Assembly: GCA_040954595.2 (NCBI GenBank)
Contig: CM082589.2
Span: 8,068,232-8,132,231 of the forward strand
Source: Balanoglossus misakiensis
Taxonomy: Eukaryota; Animalia; Hemichordata
Reading direction: 5' to 3'
DNA length: 64,000 nucleotides
In this document: one piece after another, positions 40,301-52,720 of the stretch
Numbering within the stretch: the stretch's first letter is position 1
Layout of the letters: each line of letters opens with the position of its first letter
Program-made: the position numbers and the translations under genes
Notes under the pieces: generated by a model
Seen by the model: the letters and a program-made list of their open reading frames with translations, nothing else
Told to the model about the DNA's origin: nothing
Databases searched by the model: none

Positions 40301-43300
40301 ATTTATATATTTTAGGTTACCCTTGAGGTGAATTCACCGAAAACCAACACATCGTATACGACAGTACTAAGTTCAACAATCCCGTACCAGCTCATAAATT
40401 CGACCCAATTCAACTATGCATATGTTACTACGGATGATGAAGACTATGTGGAGATAGACGTCAGCGGAGACGATCGAATACAAGCGCCAGTCACCTCTAA
40501 TTCCACATTAAGTCTTCCGTCGGATGAAGAGTTTTATATTTTGCCACGAGCAGCAGTGATTGCCCAGGGTATATTCGCCATCGCTAAAGCATTGAGCTTT
40601 TTGCGATTGATACGAATCACGGTGGTCAGTCTTCAAGTTGGACCTATGCAGATATCTCTGGGTAGAATGTTAATGGATATTGCGAAATTCATGATGATAT
40701 TCTGTCTGGTGTGGTTTGCCTTCTCTGTTGGAATGAATCAACTGTATGATAAAGTGGCGTTACAGTGTTACATGACGGCTGGAACACCAGATTGCAAACA
40801 CCCATTTTCCACGTAAGATGTGTACTCTATTTATATACATTTTAAAAATATATAGTAAAACAACCTCGACTGTGATTATGATTTATACAAGATTACAATT
40901 TCAGGTTGATTATTATGGTGACGTAAGTAAAGTAAAGTTTACTGAGTAACATTTGCCAAAGAACTTGTAGTGAAGTGTACTGCGATATGAAGGTCTTTGA
41001 TCAGCTCCCCCCCCCCCCCGGTTTTTCATTAACACAATCGCAACCAAACATTAATTTGCAGTATTCGTCGATATCCTGTACAGTTTTTGCAGTGAACTAT
41101 CACTTCTGGTTATTTTCTCAGGATTTCAGCAGCCTTAAACACCTTGTTCTGGGCATTGTTCGGAGTGACACAATTAGACAGTCTAATGGTGGATAATGAA
41201 ACCGACCGAGTGATTGAGATCGTAGGTTATATCCTGTATGGCACCTACCATCTTATCGCAATTGTTGTACTATTGAACATTCTCATTGCCATGATGAGTA
41301 ATACATACACGCGTATAGACGTAAGTATGATTGTATGGCCCTGTAGTCACGTTAAATGTATGTACATGTATGTATGTATGTATGTATGTATGTATGTATG
41401 TATGTATGTATGTATGTATGTATGTATGTATGTATGTATGTATGTATGTATGTATGTATGTATGTATGTATGTAGGTATGTAGGTATGTAGGTACGTACG
41501 AATGTATGAATAAAGAATGATTTACAGAAAATTGATTATGTCAATAATCTGTATAATTTCAATTTGAAATCTGGGGCAGGTTAGCCAATTGATTGGTATT
41601 TTTGTCTTGCAGCAAGACGCTGATATGCAGTGGAAATATTCCAGATCACGTCTTTGGATAACCTACTTTGGCGACGAGAACACTATTCCCCCACCATTTA
41701 ATATATTTCCAACAACAAAGACTTTGGCTAGTTGGTGTGGCCGTCTCAGTAGCAGGTTTCGTGCCAAATACGATAATAAAGAATCGGTGAGTTGTTTTAT
41801 AGAAGCATTGTTAAGTTCTATTCAGCATCCTATTGACAGTGAGGTCCATTAAATTGAATGAATTCTTAATGGCGTTCAAGTAGTATTCGGTAATGGTCAA
41901 TGATGCATATCGTGTTTTCTCCATTCATAAAAATATCCCTACAGAACTGTATCACAACATCTCAAACACTCTATAATTTCCCAAGAAAAAATGCAATCTT
42001 TCACAAAGCCAGTGTCACAGTTTGCTGCTTAGAAAATGTTTTAATATAAAGTACGCAATCGATATTTTATTGAAAGTAAAACCTGTCAGCACTGAGGACG
42101 CCTATTATTTTCACGGAGTAATTTAACATTTATGAGGTTCATGACATTAATGACAGACATGGATATTGAATTGAACCATTTGGCTTTCGCGGCTGACCAT
42201 TTTATTAAATTACACTTCAGCAGATGGCCTCTGATTATACGTATTCACCTTTCGTCGCAGTCTGTTATAATTTCAACATTAAGGTTGATTAAAACCTTAG
42301 CAATTAACTGTACCCTTGTGTCGCTTAACCCACAACGGCATTTCTATTAGCCATTTAATGATGCATGAAACATATGTCGCGTCAGAAATGTATTCAAAAA
42401 TTAATATCTGCTCAGGCGGTAGGAATCGTGTCGCGGCATGCAGACATCCATTTCCCCTAATGGTTTTTATCTACCGCGCTTTAATAATACAAAAAAGCTG
42501 TCCATTAATATCAAACTCATGATTGAGGAAATACGCTTCCGCGTCTTTTTTTCTTTCTACTTTAAAATTCAGATGGTGCTGCCAGCAAAAGAAGTGGAAA
42601 ATTCCGCTTATCAGGTATGAACCTCAGAGCATTTAGGATAAAGCCAATGGCTTAAAGGGACAAAGTCTCTCTCTCGCTGCCCTTTTACCATTAATTATGT
42701 TTGAAACAAGACACCGTTTATGTTATTCTACGTATGGATATAAAGTGAATCAACGTTCAACCACGCACACCTTCCATCCCGCTTGTAGACACGAGAGTGA
42801 AAAACTCGCCAAAATGAAAAATCGTATTCATATTGTCGATATTTTTACTCTCATATCCTACAAACGGGATGGAATTTGTGTGTGGTCTAACGTTGATTCA
42901 CTTCATACACACATGTACATTAACATAAACGGTGTCTTGTATCAAACATAAGTAATGAAAAAAGGGCAGCGAGAGAAAGACTTTGTGTGGGTTCGAAATG
43001 AACTGAACTTAAGAGGAAATTGGTACCGCACAATCTGCATTCTGAAACGCTAAGAAAGTTTTCCCGTCTGTTTTTGTCTTCCCGCAATTCTTAATATGAA
43101 GGTTACGTCATGTAAGGCGGAGCTGAAAGTTTTATTCTTGTAATGTTTTAGGTTAATAATTATTTCACGATTTCTTCTGTAGTTAACTTGTGTACATGCA
43201 AGCATTGTATAGGAAAACTTTATAATTCTGACATGTGTCTAATTTATTCGCGCAGTTGCCTGCCATAAGAGTCGACCAATCACAACCCCATTCGCAAACT

Positions 43301-43869
43301 TGATAGACTTATTGGTTAGGTGACCATGTGCATCTCATACCGCATACCGTTACTCAGTAATCGCCGGTTCTGGAGAAGAAGATTTTTGAAATTTGAATCG
43401 TTATTACCTGTAACCAATTCAACAAGTCGTTTCTTTCTTTGAATTTCTGAAGGAAATCGTTGCGCATATGGTTCAACGTTATCACTTTCGGAAACTGAGG
43501 GGCGAGGATGATGAGGAGGGTGCCGCTAAAGCTGGTCCAGATCCGTGGATGATCAACTTAAAAGAAGACATCGCGGGCTTTAAATATGAAATGTTTGAAG
43601 CCATCGGAGAAATGGACGGCAAGATAAACCAATTGCGCGCGCGTATCGAAGAAGAGGATGTTGAAAACGAAGATGGCGGACAGGCAGGAAGTGAAATGTT
43701 TCACAAATTGCACGACGCCATGGCGGAACCGGAACCGAAAAAGGGCGGGGAAAAGGGGGACGATGTCGATGTTGCTGCCGAGATTTTGCTTTCTGCCGGA
43801 ATCAAAGCTGGCGAGATTGGTGAACTAAATGACGATGAGTTTGTCGACATTGATGATATAACAGACTAG
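28174..43869 (+). CDS. TRPC-family (short transient receptor potential) cation channel, paralogue 1, 879 aa; join(28174..28351,31647..31771,32467..32961,37617..37986,38503..38645,40316..40812,41122..41320,41613..41786,42573..42614,43453..43869)
   Basis: All introns are GT-AG, phases are compatible, and the total is 2640 nt without internal stops. Motifs: ankyrin repeats ([31 protein letters not shown]), FIAHPHCQQ, PFVKF, LQVGPMQISLGRM, pore [19 protein letters not shown] box QWKYSR, PPPFN, YQ..V..MVQRY and coiled coil LKEDIAGFKYEM. Confidence 0.93.
31647..31771 (+). CDS. TRPC paralogue 1 coding exon 2 (ankyrin)
   Basis: tttcag|...[41 protein letters not shown]|gtgagt; 125 nt, the same as in paralogue 2. 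Confidence 0.9.
32467..32961 (+). CDS. TRPC paralogue 1 coding exon 3 (last ankyrin and linker domain)
   Basis: tttcag|DHLYC...HKQKR|gtgagt. Confidence 0.92.
37617..37986 (+). CDS. TRPC paralogue 1 coding exon 4 (pre-S1, S1, S2 start)
   Basis: ttgcag|FIAHPHCQQ...EWLIIIWII G|gtgagt; 370 nt. Confidence 0.92.
38503..38645 (+). CDS. TRPC paralogue 1 coding exon 5 (S2-S3)
   Basis: gaacag|GMTWDEW...FIVYFQ|gtgagg; 143 nt. Confidence 0.9.
40316..40812 (+). CDS. TRPC paralogue 1 coding exon 6 (S3-S4 loop, S4, S5)
   Basis: ttttag|VTLEVNSP...CKHPFS|gtaaga, phase 2. Confidence 0.88.
41122..41320 (+). CDS. TRPC paralogue 1 coding exon 7 (pore helix, S6)
   Basis: tctcag|...LNTLFWALFG...TYTRID|gtaagt; 199 nt. 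Confidence 0.92.
41357..41492. repeat. (TATG)n intronic microsatellite
   Basis: Direct reading. Confidence 0.95.
41613..41786 (+). CDS. TRPC paralogue 1 coding exon 8 (TRP box)
   Basis: ttgcag|QDADMQWKYSRSRLW...DNKES|gtgagt; 174 nt. Confidence 0.92.
42573..42614 (+). CDS. TRPC paralogue 1 coding exon 9 (42-nt micro-exon)
   Basis: attcag|MVLPAKEVENSAYQ|gtatga. It has the same length and the same YQ end as the paralogue 2 exon at 62800-62841. Confidence 0.8.
42656..42986. mobile_element. MITE family A copy (intron 9 of TRPC paralogue 1)
   Basis: TTAA|AGGGACAAAGTCTCTCTCTCGCTGCCC...GGGCAGCGAGAGAAAGACTTTGT; the right tip is missing. Confidence 0.87.
43453..43869 (+). CDS. TRPC paralogue 1 last coding exon (rib helix, coiled coil, acidic tail)
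   Basis: ctgaag|EIVAHMVQRY...DIDDITD*. A candidate AATAAA lies at 44635. Confidence 0.88.
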   Translation, partial: EIVAHMVQRYHFRKLRGEDDEEGAAKAGPDPWMINLKEDIAGFKYEMFEAIGEMDGKINQLRARIEEEDVENEDGGQAGSEMFHKLHDAMAEPEPKKGGEKGDDVDVAAEILLSAGIKAGEIGELNDDEFVDIDDITD

Positions 43870-44760
43870 TGTTTTCATCTTTGCAACTCCTCAGCTGGAT
43901 ATTTTTGTTCGAAAGTAGTATTTCTTCTTAAGACGACTATTTAATAATAATAATAATTATAATAGTATACAAATACTACTACTTCTACTACTACTAATAA
44001 TAGGACAGTATTTACTCACAAAGAAAAACTTGGATAGTAACTGCAAGCATTGTAATCAAATATTTGTAACTTTCTCGAACTTGACTTTACGTCGTCAAAA
44101 CAATAAGCAAATAGGTAGCTTTACTGGCAAAGACTAAAATATCGGATGAAGACAAGTATAACTAGGGCATCTTTAACTGTGTTGATAATAACAATATTGA
44201 CATATACCGTCGCCGAAAACTGCAACCGTCATAATTCAAATGAGAATGTTGTTTGCATACAATGCATTCTTGTAAGATGGTCAGTTTTCGCGGCAGTTTC
44301 AGTCGTGACTAAAACTGACTTGACTAAACGACGAATCGTCATTCGCTTGAAGGCACCACCCAGTTTTCATTGGAAAGCATAGAAGTATGTCTCAGTATGT
44401 TTTGATTGTAATATATGGATTGTAATGGTGCCCATGCAGGCCTTTTCGTTGAGTAGAGTGAGCGCATTGTTACTGCTACGTACTTTATTGCTCCTTTGCT
44501 GAGTTGAAGATAATTATCCTACTGAAAACCTATAAGCTAGCTCCAATGCGGAACCATAATTATTTGTATAATGTTATACTGTAGTATTTGGTATCATGCG
44601 TCGAGTAACATTCAGTGTTTAGTTTCTTCTCATTAATAAAGTAAGTATTCTTTACAATGATATTCTTAATATGTAAGGAAACTGAAACAGATAATCAACC
44701 AGATTGTTACATCTTCTTATTCCTTGTTAATCAGAAAATTCTCTGTCTCTTTGTCTTTGT

Positions 44761-44831
44761 CCCTCTCTCTCTCTTTCTATCTCTCTCTCCCTCCCATCCT
44801 CTCTCTCTCTCTTTCTCTCTCCCCCTCTCTC
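44761..44831. repeat. Imperfect (CT)n tract
   Basis: Direct reading. Confidence 0.85.
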
Positions 44832-47800
44832 GTGTCAAGACGTTTATGCGATGTCATTTTCCGACTAAAGTTGAACGGATTTATGGCAAAAGGTCTCTAA
44901 ACTATTTGCTTATCAATATCTATCATTGATTTAAGAGCATTTTTATTTCTCTAACATAGGAATCTGATTGGACAGATAAACACAGCAAACTTTAAAAAGT
45001 CTGCGTGATTCCATTTTGCTATTTCTGTTCTACCGAGCTGAAAGAGTCGTGAAAGGAATTTATATCATTGAAGGATTTCACTGTAACCCATTATCATAGC
45101 ATGATGTCCTTACAGCAAATATGTAATTATGAATTCAACCTAGAAGTGTCACACAATAGGGTTGGTGAAACAGCTATCAGGAAATGCCAATGAATTAATT
45201 TAGGGTCCCATTAGACGGTAAATTATGATGTAATATTCCTTCGTTAATTTAAAATTAATGTGTAATATAAATAGATGAGAAATAACTACAATGCGATTTA
45301 TGCAAACGCAGTTCGAAATACGAAGAGCTTTCTCTACATATTTGAAAGCGTATCTAAGAATACCAGCTTGCTAAATGACCTATCCGATATCATATCCTTA
45401 TTCCTTTGACCTGCGTCCTACAGAAATACATATAACATACATTGGTGATAGGCATTATTCACCGCTCTGCCTTGGCAGAGTGTGTCTATGACACGTCTCA
45501 AGTTGCAATACTGTTGTGTAGCATGTCTTATGGTTGGAATAACTCTGATAATTTGCATCACTTGAAGAAATATCGTATGAATATCAATGGGCTGTGGTTA
45601 TAGTTATTTCATAAAGTGTGCCTGTCTCATGAATACGATCATTTCAATTATGTTAGCCTATGTTAGCTTGTTCACTAAGCTTACTGTTTCCCTTGAATTA
45701 TTCTGTATGCTTGTAATTCGTACATGTGTAAGTAATTGTATATCAATGTTGCGTTGTACAGTAATCGGTACACCTAGCCACAAAAGCGTGACAGTTAAAA
45801 CAGGATAGAATAATTTTATTGTACTGTATTCCGCCGTTGTAATCGATTTGTGAGTATTGTTGTATATGGATATAATTATATTTTCATTTAGTATGCACAA
45901 AATAAAAAAACTCTTCCAACATTTAATGTACGTGCTTCAATTAATCAGTAATTAATGTTTTATACAGGTGTAATTAGTGGGATGATTTCTGATGATGATC
46001 TGTTACGAAATGTTTCATATTTCCAATGACCTGGTTCTCACGCAATAAGTCTTACTATACAGACTGATACTGGTTGGTATAAGAATTTACTATGTACAGT
46101 TTTCATTTTATTTCACTGTCGAAAACAGCAATAAATATGTACTCCCCTATACTCTTCGTGATTTGTGTGCCATTCTTGCTCTATACCATCAAACGCTGAT
46201 GCTAAAATTCCGTCCAACACTGTTGGTGGTATGTGTAATTGAATTTATTAACATATCACTTTCCAACCAACTGCGCGTACTTCGGTCCCCGCAGTCTTAG
46301 GCTTCTAAATTTCCGCTTTTGAATTATTTTTCTTGTCTGAACCTGAGTTGATCTTCTACGGTCACGATTCTCGGTTTTCAGATTTTATTTGGGAAAGTCG
46401 GAAAACAACAACGACAACAGGTTCCGTTAGTGATAGCAGACAGCAAAGGGGAGACCGGAGCGGGAAATGGAACCTTTAGTCCTCATAAACTATAACGAAA
46501 CAGAAAACGTTCATTAACATGTTTAAAGAAGGACGCGGATTTCGATTTCAACACCAAGGACCTGCGGAAAATCAGGGTTCAAAAATGGTAGTAAAATGTG
46601 GAGTCGGTAAACGCTATTTCCCATGTATATGTCAATGCAACGAATCTGTGATGATCGATATCTGTATAGAACGGCTGATCAGATGCTAACCAAAGTTTTC
46701 AGCCTGTTTTTGAGGTTTTTCATCTGCGAAAACGTTACGGGGAAATTAGCCTAGTTTTCCACTGCCTTGACACATTTAATTGGTGCTTGCAAGCAGAAAA
46801 ATAAAACTTTGTCAACTTAAAATACAAAAAGGGACTGGTTGCCTTATCGCTGGCATCGGTCAGGTTACGATCACGTCACCTTACACTGCAGTATTGGATG
46901 TGTACGCAATTGGAGTTGTCAAGTTAGCGTATACTTACTCGTGTACGCAATTGGAGTTGTCAAAACGTATTCATCAAAGACGGTAATGCGAACTTCACAA
47001 TTTGAATTGACAAGGTTTCTATGCTCTATTTAATCACAATTCCCCCCGAAGTCAACCAAAGCTTGTTATGCACACCAACATGTATCTGAGTGATTTATGT
47101 ATTGATTTGCAAAGTGCTCGACACCATTGTAGGTATGATTGGAACTATGTCTGTGAGCACAACAGACGGGTACAGCATACCCGTGGCCAAAGAAACCGGC
47201 CTGTTGGATCGCACTGGACCAAAGCGTCCGTGAAAATCAATACCAAGATTGTGTGTGTACTTTATGGGTCACGTGATGTTCTATGCGACAGCGTTACGGA
47301 TCCTTCATAGTATGGCGATTTTCTCACAGTATAATTTATTGTACTGTCCACACTGTTCAATAAACCAATATTGAACCATTTGGTACAATCGGGATTACCT
47401 ACGTAAACATTCACGTCAATGACTCTTGTGGTTCAGTCAAATAACAAACCTGTCTTTGGCACAGACGTGACAAAGTCAAGAAGTTCACGTTCACTGACGT
47501 TCGAGCTCAAGTGATTCGTACGCAGTCGACCGTGAACGGTGGTGACGGAGAGGATAAAACAAGATTGCGATTATATAGGATTAGTTTTGATGAAATTAAG
47601 ACTTACTTCCAAATATCAATCTTTCCGAATGATAAAAATGACTATTCATCTGTTTATCTGGTTCTGCGCCAATGAACATGGAGACATGTGGAGGATTTGT
47701 TTAAGCTGCAAATCTCCGAGTGATCGATAGTCCCTCTTTGCAGAAACTCGCGATGTCAACTCAGTGAATCAAATAAAAGTCATTCTATTGCAGTGTTTTC

Positions 47801-48877
47801 TTTTAATTTAAAAAATGTTTTAACAACATCACAATTAACACGAGTTGGTACAATAACTCACATCATGTAAGAAAAAGAATTCATACCCATCGATGAAAAT
47901 TGTCATCTCAAACTTTATTGTTTATCATATCACTCTGCTTTAGCCATTATTCCGAAATGTGTGAATAAATTTGTACTAGTATTGAAATTATGTCAATTCA
48001 ATTATCTCGCTCTAATTTGAATGTCATTATCCAAGGTATTCTGCAGACTTCACTCGGTACATTTCAGACAGCAGACAAAGAAAAGCATGCTCGATTGGCG
48101 TGTTCGGCTTTCAACAGATCCTTTGATGGGGTAATTAATCATGATTGCGGTATGATAGATTAAGCCCCTTAAAATTGATTCTAGTACAGCATTCAAATTT
48201 ACACAAAGACACTAGGCAAAGACATGTATGAACATTTCCTTGGGCAAGAAATCAAGCTTAAACGTTGCCTAGTAACCCAGTCCTATTTTCTATGACAACT
48301 GAATTCTGAATGACGATTTTAAAAGCAAGAGACAGCGAAGATTGTCGGAAACCACTATTATGGCATTCTTGCCAAAAATGAATACAAAGCAAAAATAAAT
48401 TATATCATATCTGAAATACTAATTTGGAAATATCTACGGCATAGTCATGACTACGGGTCGGTAGGACGACGCAGTAATAAAATATATCCTGTAAGTGCGC
48501 GTGGCTCCATCGTCCTAGAGTTTCACACAACATGCTGTGCTTTGAACATTTCTGAAACAAATTACTGTAACACGCGCCAATGGAATTTATAGTCGGTCGC
48601 ATTTCCCTAAATAAACGTAATCTTATCTGAAACTTGGTAATGTGGTCTGTCCCAAAAGCTGTCAAAATAAATCGAAGTATTTCTGGGGTAAAGTTAAGGT
48701 CAAAGTAATAGCACGAATTTCTGTCTGTGTGACTGTCTGAAATCTCACTCGTGAATGCCGATATATACACGAGTACAAATAACGACGAACTAAAATCAAC
48801 AAAAAGGAACGGAATGATGTATTTCACCCAAAACAGCTTACACTGTAAACTTAAAAGTTGTAGAGGCATTTCGTTAA

Positions 48878-49232
48878 GGCGGAATTCACTTCGAAAATCA
48901 AAGTCATAAACGTACTCATATTTCCTGGGACCCTTAAGAATATACTCTCTTAAAATTGGAGAACACAAATTTGGGTAACCGCGCAAAAATTTGGATGACA
49001 TAACAAAATTGTCTCAAGTTGTCTAAAATTCGAAATTCAAAATGGCCGTCAATCTTTGCGCGAAGTCTATGGTGAAAATTTAAATGAGTGATTTTCATGA
49101 AAACAAGACGATGAACACTCAGTTTTTTTCTTCTTGTTTAATAAAAAAACCCACACACTTTAATGTAGAAGGGATGGGAAAGTTTTGAGGACTACCATTT
49201 TTTTCAGAAAATCTGTCCCCGAGGCGAATACC
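48878..49232 (+). mobile_element. MITE family B copy 2 (TTAA-flanked)
   Basis: TTAA|GGCGGAATTCACTTCG...CGAGGCGAATACC|TTAA; an inverted homologue of 21659-21918. Confidence 0.72.
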
Positions 49233-51080
49233 TTAACAGTCAACGGGGAGTGAAACATCCAGGTAATATGACCCGCTGTTAATATTGGCAGCCGTTCGAA
49301 CCGATTTATAGTGACATTGTCACTTAGTACATGGATCAAGCCTAGCAGTTTAACAACAACAAACGGTCCTTATAACCCTGTGGTGTTGCTTGGGTCAGGC
49401 GTTACGTTACTTTTTAAAGTTTATCTGTGGATTTTACCATACCAAGTTTTGTGTTTAGAACGTCCAAGGTTTATTTTCAACTGAGTCTCTGTACATTGTC
49501 GGAGCCCCCTCTCTTTGTTGGATTTCTCTCAGAAAGACGCGATTTAGGATCATGGTGTTTGAGTAGAAGTAAAGCTTTATCGGTAGAATTAGCTAATTAT
49601 TTTTCTCTGTTACATATTGGAACGTTTGACGCATTCATGTACAGAACAAACTACGTTATTTTGTCGAAAGCCTGTGAGCTTTTACCAGCGACAGATAGCA
49701 GATGTAAGATAATGTGATATGATGTTTTGTGACGGTGATGTGATGTGATGTGGTGTGTTGGGTGTTGGGTGGGATGTGGTCTCACAGATCACACGCACTG
49801 CAGGTAATGGTGTTCTATTGTTAAAGAATATGTTCTTTTCAAGTTCGACAAAAAATGAAGTGAAATCTTGAATTAAATTTAAAAGATGTGGAAGTGATGA
49901 CGCAGCTGCTGTTTTGCAAAGTGGGGTCATGTTGGGGGCGCCAGTTTGTCAATCGTTTGGCGATCAGTGTCGCGAAATCGCATCGGCACAAATTCTAGAA
50001 AACTTTCACGAATGCGAATATTTTTGTAATTCAAAGTTTCCCAAGTACATCCAATATTTCCGACGATCATAGTTCTTGAGAATATGGCCCAGCATGACAT
50101 TCACATTCCAGCAAATATTTCTGACCATTGATAATAACGTTCAATCATCACCACGTTTTGCCATTCGTAACATTCACTTCTATAGTGCCATAGCATGAAT
50201 GTTTACAAACAGACGTGCCCTATTGTTTAAATTTGCACATGTATTCATGAAAAACACGAAAACGCAAACATTTACATGACTTGGTTACAACATACCACAG
50301 TGAAACATTGTTTTTTTCTATTGTGATTACATAAGGAAAATTAAATAGCTCATAATTTTAGGCACGTTTCAAAAGGAATCCTCCTATTTGTATACATTAG
50401 TGAAAAATTCTAGTTTTATTTTACCACCAACGGCTGTTCATTTGCAACAACTCTATTGTATATAAAACATTGACATTCAATCAGTCAACATTTATAAGTT
50501 TATGCAGATTATGCTCAGATAAAATCAACTCCTGGCAACCGCTGCTTCCAAATGTTGTTTTCGAGAACGTGCCAGTCAATGTGGCGTCACCCAGGCAATG
50601 TCAAACTCTCTCGCTCTCTCATGCTTGATAAAAAACATACGAGTCAAATGATTGTTTTCTAACAGCTTTCAGCATTATAATTTACGGTCACGCCATCGCC
50701 GACATTCTCATTTTAGGGGGTTTACTACCAGGGTTGAGCTATTAAATACCCGATATTGATATATAGACAGTGGCATAAATTGATGGAAATGGGATCTGAA
50801 AATGATGCCATAGATATGTGCGTGGTGACACTAGTAAACCGGGGTATAGATATATAATGACCTTAAGCGGATATGTTGTTGTATAAAACATAAAGTCAGC
50901 GTCTACGTATTCCAGACGATATAAATTGTCTTGAATGAAGCTGGGTGAAAGTTGATCTAAACATTCTTTGGCGGCAGACTCAAGGGTAAACCAAAGTCCC
51001 GGCTCCCAGCTAATCCTCAGACTGATTTCCTCCATCCAATTGCGTGTCAAATTTCATTCCCATTCAGGGCATATGTTTAA

Positions 51081-51087
51081 AGGGACA

Positions 51088-51136
<49 letters not shown>

Positions 51137-51379
51137 CCCTTTTCCATTAATTATGTTTGATAAAAGACAGTGCTTATATTAATGTACATGTGTATATGTA
51201 GTGAATGAATGTTCAACCACACACAACCTCCATCCCACTTGTATGATATGAGAGTAAAAACTCACCCAAAATGAATAAATGGTAGAAAACGATTACTAGT
51301 ATTCATTTTGGCGAGTTTATTTCACTCTCGTGTCTACAAGCGGAATGAAAGAGGGCGGCGAGATAGAGACTTTGTCCCT
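51081..51379. mobile_element. MITE family A copy with expanded (TC)n and internal deletion
   Basis: TTAA|AGGGACAAAG(TC)n GCTGCCC...GAGACTTTGTCCCT|TTAA. Confidence 0.87.
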
Positions 51380-52720
51380 TTAACAGGAATTTTCCCGTAC
51401 GTTTGGGCTTAATGTTTGACCCTTGCTATCTCATCTTGGCCTTGCACCATGTTTAGTCACCTGTGATTCATTCTAATGGCAAAGCTGCGTGTGGCGAGAA
51501 TCAGCAACGCTTTAGCGGAATTCACATTTAGAGAATGATTGATGAGACAAGCGGCATCGTCGACACGTTAATTGCAGCATAAATCGAAGGCCATGTCACG
51601 TTCATTCACCACTGTACAAGTAAAACAAAATTCTTGATCTGTTTAAATTAACCAATTTATAGACTCGGTTTATTTGATGGGAAATAAAAGTTATCAGATG
51701 TGATAATAGAAATGTTTGTCTTAAGATTACCTTCGGTCAGTTTACAAAATCAAGCGCTGTGTTCATGATAGAAGAGGGTTCAATCAATGACAACTTCTTA
51801 GACTAAGACTTAACCTACGAAGCCCAACTTGATGCGGTGTACGCCTCTGATGATGGTGTAAGCCTACTAAAAATGAGTATTTCAAAAGACATTGACCTCC
51901 TTTTTTGGGTCCTTTATAATTTGCATATTAGTCCTCAACATCTGTACCTGAATATAAAAGGTGGAACACGTTTGGAGTGAGTTGCCTCTCTTCAACTCTG
52001 ACCCGTCTGAGGCTGTCTGTCTTACAATGGCTTCATGGACTCTAAGTTTCTTGAGAATACGGCTCACAATGACATCATTTACAATGAGTAGAGGAGAGTT
52101 TTAGAAGATGTATAAACAATTCCCCGAAGTTTACTCAGGGGCTTCGTTTGCTCTGTGAACTTCAGCTAAGCACGATTAGACAGCTGCCCTATATAATCCT
52201 AGCATCTTAGTCTGCCGTGTTAAAACAATAAAAGTCCATTAAAAGACGACACTCTTGTCTGCTGCCAGGCTATTCAATGCCAGCAATTAACAGGCTGGAC
52301 ATTATAAGCTGTCAATCATGAATTCGGTAATTAATACACATACTTAACATACGGGCATTGGAAGTCTGTGTTTAGGGCAAGTCAGTATCACGTTTGACCC
52401 GTGCAGTTAATGAAAACACACAAACATACACAAGTTGAAAACATTGTGTCGAGTCAATTGATATACATGTGTTGTCTTGAAAATATTGAAGCGAATAAAA
52501 CATTATTGAGTAATTTTAATGACATCTGGCCATAAATGGGTATCCCAGGCTCCCTAGCTCAGTGACAAAAATGACTACAAAACGCCATCCTCTGTTGCAG
52601 TCATGAAGTTTGTATGTTGCAACCCTTTGTAGTCAACACGTTGAATACGGTGTGGGCGGCACAAGTCTGAAGTTGTACGCTGAGTAGTTCCTACACGTAC
52701 AATACAGTGGTGTATCGAAA

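Noticed and set aside
41321-41491. CMYV-repeat tail on ORF 41144..41491
   Set aside because: It is read-through into the intronic (TATG)n after the donor at 41321.
46900-46963. 23-bp direct repeat with an 18-bp spacer, CRISPR-like at a glance
   Set aside because: Only two units, eukaryotic context and no cas genes; it is a local duplication.
48405-49001. 198-aa minus-strand ORF
   Set aside because: It starts inside MITE family B and has no recognisable motifs; likely a chance ORF.
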